The notes beneath the pieces are model-generated. The model did not search any database, had not been told where the DNA came from, and was given only the letters and a program-made list of their open reading frames with translations. Shown here piece by piece: positions 10,162 to 17,234 of a stretch of 59,876 nucleotides of DNA (position 1 is the first letter of the stretch; each line of letters opens with the position of its first letter). The position numbers and the translations under genes were made by a program. The stretch covers positions 23,001-82,876 of the forward strand of contig CAYWAT010000001.1 of the NCBI GenBank assembly GCA_964456305.1, read 5' to 3'. The stretch comes from an uncultured Polyangiales bacterium. GTDB lineage: Bacteria > Myxococcota_A > Polyangia > Polyangiales > CAYWAT01.

Positions 10162-11510
10162 CGCGTAAATATTTTGGAACGGATGGCATACGTGGACTTG
10201 CCAATCGCGAACCGATGACTGCACATACCGTGCAACGTCTGGGTCGCGCGTTGGCAGCTCGTTTGTCGCACCCAACGCGCAAACCGCGTGTGGTGATCGG
10301 TAAAGATACCCGTCTGTCTGGCTACTTGTTTGAGACGGCTTTGGCCTCTGGGGTTGTCGCCCAAGGGGGCGATGTATGGTTGACCGGACCCTTGCCCACG
10401 CCGGCGATTGCCTTTTTGACCGCATCGATGCGCGCCGATGCTGGGGTGGTGATCAGCGCGTCGCATAACCCGCATCAAGACAATGGCATCAAGCTCTTTG
10501 GTCCCGATGGATTTAAGCTCAACGATGCGCTCGAGTCTGAGATAGAAGCGTTGATCGATTCCATCGAGGCGGAGAACCAAGGCGCTGACGCTGATGATAT
10601 TGGCAGCGCGACTCGCGTCGATGATGCGGTGGGGCGTTACGTCGTTTTTTGCAAACACACCTTTCCGCGTCACCTCTCTCTCGATGGTATACATTTGGTG
10701 GTGGATTGCGCACATGGTGCGGCTTATCGAACGGCGCCTCTGGTATTTGAAGAACTGGGCGCAACCGTCACTGTGTTAAACGCATCGCCGAATGGCAAAA
10801 ACATCAATCAAGATTCGGGTGCACTGCATCCCGAGGGCTTGTGTGAGGCGGTGCGACAAGAAAAGGCTCATCTTGGCATTGCGCTGGATGGTGATGCCGA
10901 CCGCTTGATTCTGGTCGACGAGCAGGGCGAGCTTCTGGATGGTGATACCGTACTCGCTATTTGTGCACGTGACTTACTAAAGCAAAACCGTTTACCGCGT
11001 CGCACCGCAGTAGCTACCGTGATGTCTAACCTGGGGCTGGAGCACGCATTGCGCAGTGCCGGCGGTAAGCTGATTCGCACCCAGGTTGGGGACCGTTATG
11101 TGGTGGAGGCCATGCGTGAGGGCGGTTTTCATTTGGGCGGTGAGTCTTCGGGGCATCTTATTTTTCTCGATCGCTCGAGCACAGGCGATGGGATTATTGC
11201 TGCCCTTGCGGTGCTTGAGGTGATGATTCGCAGCGAGAAAAGTTTGGGTGAATTACGCAAATGTATTTCTCAGTTTCCTCAGGTGCTACTCAACGTACCG
11301 GTCGCAAACAAACCTGCTCTCGATACCCTCGCTGAGGTACAAAAGTCCATTCAAGACGCGCAGCAACAACTGCGTGACGAAGGGCGCGTATTGGTACGCT
11401 ATAGCGGCACGGAGATGAAGGCGCGCGTGATGGTGGAGGGCGTACAAGAGGAACTGCTTCGCCAACATGCCGACAACATCGCCGAGTCACTGCGTCTTGC
11501 CTGCTCATGA
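10158..11510 (+). CDS. glmM: phosphoglucosamine mutase
   Basis: YFGTDGIRG at the N-terminus, the active-site phosphoserine motif [13 protein letters not shown], the metal loop DGDADR and the sugar loop GGESSGH. The start overlaps the stop of the upstream activator (ATGA, 10158-10161). Confidence 0.95.
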   Translation: MTRKYFGTDGIRGLANREPMTAHTVQRLGRALAARLSHPTRKPRVVIGKDTRLSGYLFETALASGVVAQGGDVWLTGPLPTPAIAFLTASMRADAGVVISASHNPHQDNGIKLFGPDGFKLNDALESEIEALIDSIEAENQGADADDIGSATRVDDAVGRYVVFCKHTFPRHLSLDGIHLVVDCAHGAAYRTAPLVFEELGATVTVLNASPNGKNINQDSGALHPEGLCEAVRQEKAHLGIALDGDADRLILVDEQGELLDGDTVLAICARDLLKQNRLPRRTAVATVMSNLGLEHALRSAGGKLIRTQVGDRYVVEAMREGGFHLGGESSGHLIFLDRSSTGDGIIAALAVLEVMIRSEKSLGELRKCISQFPQVLLNVPVANKPALDTLAEVQKSIQDAQQQLRDEGRVLVRYSGTEMKARVMVEGVQEELLRQHADNIAESLRLACS

Positions 11511-11540
11511 TCACCATGCTTCGGGTGGAGCGTACGTTGG

Positions 11541-12893
11541 ATGATGTTGATCAAGGTTCAACGTAAAGCCTTATGGGTGAGCACAGCAGCAATGTTATGT
11601 GCATGGTCCAGCTTGGGAGCGGCAGAGTCTGTGGCATCGCTCGAAGGTGTGCGCGAACGTTTGGCTCATGGTGAAAAAAAATCCGCCTATCGCATGCTCA
11701 AGCGTCTCGTTGCAGAGGGGAATCGCGAGCCCGACGCCTTTCTATTTTTAGGGGTGCTGACCCGCGAGCAAGGCAGTGAGCATTACGACGCGGCTATCGC
11801 TTGGTTTGAACGCGGTCTTGGCTATGACCCGCATTATCCTGCCCTCTTGCTTGAGCTTGCGGTAACCTATTCCTGGGCTGACCAATACGCGAAGTCGATT
11901 GCAACCTACGATCGATTGCTAGGTTTGCAGCCAGACCACCGCGATGCGCAGTTGGGCAAAGCACGGGTGTCCGTGTGGGCCGGTAAGCATGAGGATGCTT
12001 TAGCGATTTATCAGCAGGTCGTGCAGCAGGAACCCAAGCATATCGAGGCTCTACGCGGGATTGCCTTGATTCATCGCATACGCATGCGTTTCGATGAATC
12101 GCGTCGCTACTACCATACGGTGCTGGCGCAAGCGCCTGAGGATGAGGAATCCAAAGAAGGTTTGCGGGAGATTGCGCAGGCTACGCGTTGGCAGCTAGAA
12201 GCCGGTGCTATTTTAGCGGGCAGTCCGTCTCAGTCGCTGCAGTTTGGTGGTCTTGCTAGCGTCGCCTATAAACTGAACCCCGAGGTGACGCTGCGTGCGC
12301 GTTACGTTGCCACAGCACAGCAGGTGTTGCTCGGTCGTGCCGATGAGCTGGGCGATGTAAGTGTGCAGCGCGAGATTCAAAATCTGCAGCATAACGCCGA
12401 AATCAATGCCAGTTTCAAGATCATCGAGTCCTTAACTCTATCGCCGCAATATGGCGTACGCGTCGTTGAGGAGAACGTCACGCATTTGGTTGGGCTGCGC
12501 CTTGATTGGAAGTTTCATCCTCAGTTGGTTTTATTAGGCGGCATGCGACCGGGTTTTTCACACGACGCTGTCATCGAAGCTCTGCTCGATACGGGCATCC
12601 AGTATATTCCCCTCGAGCATCTTTGGCTCATGGTGCAGGGTTTTGTCTTTGTGAATACAGAGTCGCAGCGTAACTGGTCAACATTATTCACCACCTGGAT
12701 TGATTTTTTGAATCCTGTGGCTTTTAAAGTTGGCGCTGGAGTAGGGCAGATACAGTCGGATATTAGCGTGCAATTCTTGGCTGCGATCAATGTATTGATC
12801 ACACGCGATTTTGAAGTCGCAATTAACTATGAAATGCAGCAAATTTTTATCGAGCGTCACATGGGGCAGCTGTCCTTGATATTGAGGATCTAA
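11541..12893 (+). CDS. TPR-repeat protein with C-terminal beta-barrel-like half (small BcsC/PgaA-like outer-membrane export candidate)
   Basis: A signal peptide (AAMLCAWSSLGAAES) is followed by about 200 aa of TPR-like repeats (AIAWFERGLGYDPHYPALLLELA.., YDRLLGLQPDHRDAQLG..). The next roughly 230 aa have alternating hydrophobic/polar strands typical of an OM beta-barrel. The function is inferred from architecture and context only. Confidence 0.55.
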   Translation: MMLIKVQRKALWVSTAAMLCAWSSLGAAESVASLEGVRERLAHGEKKSAYRMLKRLVAEGNREPDAFLFLGVLTREQGSEHYDAAIAWFERGLGYDPHYPALLLELAVTYSWADQYAKSIATYDRLLGLQPDHRDAQLGKARVSVWAGKHEDALAIYQQVVQQEPKHIEALRGIALIHRIRMRFDESRRYYHTVLAQAPEDEESKEGLREIAQATRWQLEAGAILAGSPSQSLQFGGLASVAYKLNPEVTLRARYVATAQQVLLGRADELGDVSVQREIQNLQHNAEINASFKIIESLTLSPQYGVRVVEENVTHLVGLRLDWKFHPQLVLLGGMRPGFSHDAVIEALLDTGIQYIPLEHLWLMVQGFVFVNTESQRNWSTLFTTWIDFLNPVAFKVGAGVGQIQSDISVQFLAAINVLITRDFEVAINYEMQQIFIERHMGQLSLILRI

Positions 12894-12900
12894 ATAACAA

Positions 12901-15126
12901 ATGCTGGCGAGTCGACTTAAGCTTGGGCGTATCGGTTTTGCATTCAGCATCATGTCAGTGCTGCTTTTGTTAACAAATGCCAACGCCTTATCTCAAGACG
13001 AAAATCATCAAGTGCATCGATCGGCATCAGAGACAGAGTCTTTTCGCTTGATGCCCATAGAGCGGCCACTGGTGCTCAAGGGAAGTGAGAGTAGTGCAGA
13101 ATTTTCTATCAACATATCCGATGGTGTCGTTGTTGAACGCGATATAATTCTTTCCTTGCGAGGTAATGTTTCAGAGTTGATTGATGCAAATAAGTCGACA
13201 TTAACAGTGGAGGTCGATCGTCGACCTTTGCGTACTGTTTGGCTATCACGAATTCTGGTTAAGTCATCGGATGACAAAGACAGTGGGCGATCCTTTGCGC
13301 TTGTCATCTCCCTGCGTGATCTCAGTGCTGGATTGCATAACCTGCGTGTGCGCAGTCACTTGCTGATCGATGATGACCCTTGCTTAGACAAGTACGCGGA
13401 TGAGGCATGGATTAAGCTTTCACCGAAGAGCAAGGTATCGGGATATCGCCAGGTCATGCATCGCAAAGACTCAGGTGACCTTAGCCAACTGCAGTCCATA
13501 TGGTCTCGTGATAACTTGTCCATTGCTCTGAGTCCCCCTGCAGCGTTAACCCCCAAGAACGCTCTCGCGGCAATCGAATCCGATCATATGATTCGCGGCA
13601 TGGGCTTTACGCCTCGCTATGAGGCCTCGCCTACGATGGATACGGATGCCAATGACTATGCGGGTGTGTTGCGTTTACGCGTATTAAAGCAAGCCGACGA
13701 TGTTGCCGAGTCTCTGGTTGGCGCTTTGCAAAATGCCCCCAAAGATGCGCATGCGCTTGTTCATTTGGTCGGTTCCGAGCTCACGCTGCTGGCTCGTTCC
13801 GATGCCCACTTGCAGGATGCGGTGCGCATGGTGGCGCTGCCGCAGGTACGGGCGATGTGCCTGGCGTCGCATCCTTGTCTTTTGGGACCGCGCATGCGTA
13901 GGCGTCTGGGATCGGCGCAAGAACAAAGCTTAGGTCGGCGTCATAATACGGGTGCTGATGACCCAACCCAGGTTTTGACCCTGGCTGATGTGGGCTTTCC
14001 GCGCGGTTGGGTGGCCAAAGGGGCGGGCAAGCACACCTTGCGTTTTGTATGGCAGCGACCTTTTTATTGGACTGTCGATCAGTACCCCAATCTACAACTC
14101 TTTGTGCGCTGGTCGCAGGGTGCGCCTTGGCATGAAAAGGGCACTGTTTTGTCTGTTCAAATCAATGGCGTGCCCATTTCCTCGTGGCACTTCGCGCAGC
14201 AGAATAAAAAAGACGGCGTATTTGATTTGCGCCTGCCTGAGGAGCTTTGGCAGGATGAGGCTTGGGTGTTTGAAATCGTCGCACAGCTACGCGCTAATGA
14301 CGACGTTCCCTGTACCGTGACCCGTGATGAGGAGCTCTGGCTCTCCCTTGCTCCAAGCAGTCATCTTCGCGTTGCTCGCAGTGAACGGCAGGGTGAGGGG
14401 TTGGCCGCCTTTTTCCAGCAGGCTAAGAAGCATAAACGCAAGCCAGTCTTAGGCTGGCGCGGACGCTTGGAGTGGCCGACCCTCTTTTTATGGGCATCTG
14501 CACTGTATCCCTTTGCGGTGGAAATTCCGGCGTTGCCATGGCGTTGGGAAGAAGGCAAAAAAAATCAGCGTGCCATGCGCATCATCGCCTTTGGTCATCA
14601 TCATGATACGCGGGGGAGTTTGCGTCGTCGTCGTGCCGGCAACCCGGCTGCACAATTTTGGGTTGATGTGGCTGGCCGCTTTGGGATGCCCTTAGTGCGC
14701 GTCGATGAAAGCGTTCGACTTGTCCATCATCAAGGCAGTAAGCAGAAGGGCGCATGGTTAGAGATCAATTTTCCACATCCGCAGATCAGTTCGGATGACG
14801 ATAATGCATGGGCTGGTTTTCCGCCGGACTACACACAGCTCGTCGGTCGCGAAGTGCTGTGGATAGAGGGTCAGTGGCATAATCTCGAGGACCCCTCGTC
14901 GCAGGCCAAAACAAAGACGGTGCATTATTCTAAAAACTCGCCTTTGGCTGCCCTTAGACAGAAGGCCCATCTTCCCAGTGACGAAGAAAACTTGCTCACG
15001 CGCATTAATCTCATTTGGGCATCATGTTCGGTGATTTTGCTTGTCGGCATTGCTATCTATTGGTGGCGTCGACCTCGGAACAAAGACGATGTTCATGTGT
15101 CTTCTGTGGAAGAGCATTCAGGATGA
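12901..15126 (+). CDS. BcsB-like periplasmic synthase subunit with C-terminal membrane anchor
   Basis: It has a signal peptide and a single C-terminal TM helix (LIWASCSVILLVGIAIYWW). Two internally repeated halves each show the BcsB-type pattern. Examples are LKGSESSAEFSINISDGVVVERDIILSLRGNVSELIDANKSTLTVEVDRRPL, DDPCLDKYADEAWIKL, LSVQINGVPISSW and DDVPCTVTRDEELWLSL. Compare E. coli BcsB: LRGINPNGSIEFGM..LNLEYTPSPSLLPVQSQLKVYLNDELM and QDVCEKPASTTLWLDV. Recognised from memory, not searched. Confidence 0.65.
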   Translation: MLASRLKLGRIGFAFSIMSVLLLLTNANALSQDENHQVHRSASETESFRLMPIERPLVLKGSESSAEFSINISDGVVVERDIILSLRGNVSELIDANKSTLTVEVDRRPLRTVWLSRILVKSSDDKDSGRSFALVISLRDLSAGLHNLRVRSHLLIDDDPCLDKYADEAWIKLSPKSKVSGYRQVMHRKDSGDLSQLQSIWSRDNLSIALSPPAALTPKNALAAIESDHMIRGMGFTPRYEASPTMDTDANDYAGVLRLRVLKQADDVAESLVGALQNAPKDAHALVHLVGSELTLLARSDAHLQDAVRMVALPQVRAMCLASHPCLLGPRMRRRLGSAQEQSLGRRHNTGADDPTQVLTLADVGFPRGWVAKGAGKHTLRFVWQRPFYWTVDQYPNLQLFVRWSQGAPWHEKGTVLSVQINGVPISSWHFAQQNKKDGVFDLRLPEELWQDEAWVFEIVAQLRANDDVPCTVTRDEELWLSLAPSSHLRVARSERQGEGLAAFFQQAKKHKRKPVLGWRGRLEWPTLFLWASALYPFAVEIPALPWRWEEGKKNQRAMRIIAFGHHHDTRGSLRRRRAGNPAAQFWVDVAGRFGMPLVRVDESVRLVHHQGSKQKGAWLEINFPHPQISSDDDNAWAGFPPDYTQLVGREVLWIEGQWHNLEDPSSQAKTKTVHYSKNSPLAALRQKAHLPSDEENLLTRINLIWASCSVILLVGIAIYWWRRPRNKDDVHVSSVEEHSG

Positions 15127-15133
15127 ATCTGCA

Positions 15134-15292
15134 ATGCCAGGCATGAATATCGCAAGCCTATTAAGGCGACTTCGTCTGCTTCAGTCTAAGAAAAGACGGC
15201 TAAGAATGATTGCATTAATTATTATCTCTATTGACTTGCTAGCCGCTATTGCGCTTTGGATTCTTCGCACTCAGTCAAGGTATATGTTTTAG
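15134..15292 (+). CDS. small single-pass membrane protein (52 aa), hypothetical
   Basis: The ATG lies 7 nt after the BcsB-like stop. The product is MPGMNIASLLRRLRLLQSKKRRLRMIALIIISIDLLAAIALWILRTQSRYMF, a basic segment plus one TM helix. Its stop abuts the next ATG (TAGATG). Small membrane subunits are common in synthase operons. Support comes from position only. Confidence 0.3.
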   Translation: MPGMNIASLLRRLRLLQSKKRRLRMIALIIISIDLLAAIALWILRTQSRYMF

Positions 15293-15856
15293 ATGAGCGA
15301 ATGGCGTCCATGTCGACTCGTCCCTGTACCCTCGCCTGTGTTCGATGATGACATCCCCACAGCGCTTGAGGTTCAAGAGGTCGCCCGCCAATTGCTTGTC
15401 TTCTTACACGACCAAGGGCCCTTGTTGCCTGCCAATCCTAATCTGTTGATCGCTCTTTGGGATCGCTCTTTAAACACGCCCTCTGAAAAGGCGCTGCGTG
15501 AAGCCATCGCCCTGTTGATTCGTGAAAAATATGCCCATAAGTGCATCGTTGGGCATGACTCCCATCTTTTGTTGGCGGGGGATGTCGATATATCTCAAAT
15601 GCCTTCTGTCGTAGCGGCTCCGGCGCCTCCTCCTGCACGTCGGCGTCAACCTAGCCTCAGTCAGACAAATTACGAAGAACAAGACATTCAAGAAAAACCG
15701 CCTGAGGATGAATCATTAGAACGAAAATTTGAGTTAGAGGTTTCCATTGATGTCGAGAAAGAACGCATTCTTTTGTATCGATCCTTGATCGCCTTGGGCA
15801 TTATCGCAGGGTTGGTACTGTTGCGTGAAGTGGCACTTTTTTTCTTTGGTCTATAA
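15293..15856 (+). CDS. hypothetical tail-anchored membrane protein
   Basis: 187 aa. A soluble N-terminal domain is followed by a Pro/Ala-rich linker (AAPAPPPARRRQP), an acidic segment and one C-terminal TM helix (LIALGIIAGLVLL). No family recognised. Confidence 0.5.
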   Translation: MSEWRPCRLVPVPSPVFDDDIPTALEVQEVARQLLVFLHDQGPLLPANPNLLIALWDRSLNTPSEKALREAIALLIREKYAHKCIVGHDSHLLLAGDVDISQMPSVVAAPAPPPARRRQPSLSQTNYEEQDIQEKPPEDESLERKFELEVSIDVEKERILLYRSLIALGIIAGLVLLREVALFFFGL

Positions 15857-15868
15857 GAGGTTTTAGTC

Positions 15869-16243
15869 ATGAAAATGTCAAAAAAATACATGGAAGAAAC
15901 AGCCGTTTTTATATCCAGCCGAGGTTATGAACTTAAGAAAGAAAACGACGAAATGAACTCTGTTCAAGATGATGGTCAAGGCGAAGAAATCGACGGTCGA
16001 GTGCGCTTTGTTCTTAGTTCAGAATCGCAAAAAGAATTTATTCTTGAATGTGTTTCTTATGCCAGTGGAGTAGAAAACTATTTTCTTGAGATCAAAAAAT
16101 ACTTTCAGCTGCGATGCTTTAGTTTCCCCTTAGACTCGTGGAAGTATTTCCCCGATCGCGTTGAGTTTAAGTTTTATGCGATTGACGAACCTCCCTTAGG
16201 ATTGAGCTTTATCCTCGACCTGCCCGAGTTAACAGCGGTCTGA
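15869..16243 (+). CDS. hypothetical protein (AT-rich gene)
   Basis: 124 aa with no recognisable motifs. By eye the gene is markedly AT-richer than its neighbours. The ATG is 12 nt after the upstream stop. Confidence 0.45.
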   Translation: MKMSKKYMEETAVFISSRGYELKKENDEMNSVQDDGQGEEIDGRVRFVLSSESQKEFILECVSYASGVENYFLEIKKYFQLRCFSFPLDSWKYFPDRVEFKFYAIDEPPLGLSFILDLPELTAV

Positions 16244-16289
16244 ATTTTAGTTGCTCTCGATATGAGGGCTCGTAACGACGGCGCTTTAC

Positions 16290-16305
16290 TGGCATATAGA
16301 TGGCC
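16290..16305 (+). promoter_or_regulatory. candidate sigma-54 (-24/-12) promoter, TGGCAT-N5-ATGGC
   Basis: TGGCATATAGATGGCC has GG (16291-16292) and GC (16303-16304) at the canonical 12-nt offset. It lies about 48 nt upstream of ATG 16352, which is preceded by a purine-rich AAAGAG. The -12 element is weak, and the match could be chance. Confidence 0.25.
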
Positions 16306-16351
16306 AAGCGATTTCATCGCTCTGTTTCATCTAGAAAGAAAGAGTCTCAAA

Positions 16352-16984
16352 ATGAACGCATCTTTAACCCGCATTGCAATAATCTTCGCCTGCTTCAGCT
16401 TAGCCCTGGGTTGTGGCGATGACGACTCATCATCAAACCCTAACGATCCCGGTCAGTGTGAGACAAGTTTGAGCCCGACAGGCAGCTCAGTGCGAACACA
16501 GGTGGTGATTAGCTCGGTTGACTTCCAAAATGACATCGTTGTGCTGACCAACCTCAGCGATACATCTGTGCCTTTAAATGGATGGCAATTCTGTCATCGC
16601 ATCCGTTCATACGGAAGCATTCCTACACATAATCTCGCGGCTGGTGCATCCATCACACTGCATCTAACCGATGATGGTACGGCAACCGATACCGATCTTT
16701 TCCTCAATGATCCTAGTCTTGATTTGGACTCTGCTGATGAACTTGCACTCTACAGCACCGCTAATGATTTTGACGATGATGTGAATATGGAGAGCTTTGT
16801 TGCCTGGGGTACCGATCCTTCCTTAGCTCCGGACGACTCGCGTGTGGGCGTTGCCGTGGATGCGCAGCTTTGGACTGCAGGCAGCTTCGTGAATACCTCA
16901 GCGGTGACGGCGGCGGGTGTCGTTGCACGCGGTGATACCACCTCTGCAGCGGGATACATCGCACAGCCGGCGAACTGTTTTTAG
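16352..16984 (+). CDS. lipoprotein with lamin-tail-domain (LTD)-like fold
   Basis: The internal ATG gives MNASLTRIAIIFACFSLALGCGDD, which contains a lipobox (LALGC). VVISSVDFQNDIVVLTNLSDTSVPLNGWQFCH resembles the LTD pattern (vvInEv..d.veL.N.s...vdLsGw.l). Confidence 0.55.
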   Translation: MNASLTRIAIIFACFSLALGCGDDDSSSNPNDPGQCETSLSPTGSSVRTQVVISSVDFQNDIVVLTNLSDTSVPLNGWQFCHRIRSYGSIPTHNLAAGASITLHLTDDGTATDTDLFLNDPSLDLDSADELALYSTANDFDDDVNMESFVAWGTDPSLAPDDSRVGVAVDAQLWTAGSFVNTSAVTAAGVVARGDTTSAAGYIAQPANCF

Positions 16985-17050
16985 GCGCTGCCTCAAGGTC
17001 CGAAGCTGTTGCCGCATAGCCCCTATCTTAGCTTAGCTTCAATGGCGACA

Positions 17051-17085
17051 AGGGTGTGCTGATCCTAGGAAGATGTGCACACCCT
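17051..17085. promoter_or_regulatory. perfect 9-bp inverted repeat AGGGTGTGC-N17-GCACACCCT (possible activator binding site)
   Basis: Read directly from the sequence: 17051-17059 is the exact reverse complement of 17077-17085, and the spacer contains the palindrome CCTAGG. No T-run follows, so it is not a typical intrinsic terminator. It lies about 110 nt upstream of the sigma-54-like motif at 17169. Confidence 0.35.
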
Positions 17086-17168
17086 AAGCTGTGTGGACAT
17101 ATAGAATACACATCGCATCGATTAAATACGTATTCTTTACTGGCTTTTCTACATCATGTGATCTAGGG

Positions 17169-17185
17169 TGGCGCCAACTTTTGCA
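17169..17185 (+). promoter_or_regulatory. sigma-54-like motif TGGCGC-N6-TTGCA (spacing one nt longer than consensus)
   Basis: TGGCGCCAACTTTTGCA lies 50 nt upstream of the ATG at 17235 of the PKS. Both half-sites are good, but the GG-to-GC offset is 13 rather than 12 nt, which usually abolishes sigma-54 function. Confidence 0.2.
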
Positions 17186-17234
17186 GGTGTTGTTAACATC
17201 TGCGGAGTTTGAGCCGTCCTTTCATCCTCAACTC

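Noticed and set aside
9874-10715. Minus-strand ORFs of 183 and 190 aa lying over the activator/glmM junction.
   Set aside because: They are antisense to two genes with unambiguous motifs. Their products are Arg/Pro/Gln-rich and motif-free, which is typical of shadow ORFs.
17091-17234. The 48-codon N-terminal extension of the PKS given by the ORF track.
   Set aside because: The extension (MWTYRIHIASIKYVFFTGFSTSCDLGWRQ..) covers the putative promoter region and has no similarity to KS N-termini. The KS-type sequence begins shortly after ATG 17235/17247.
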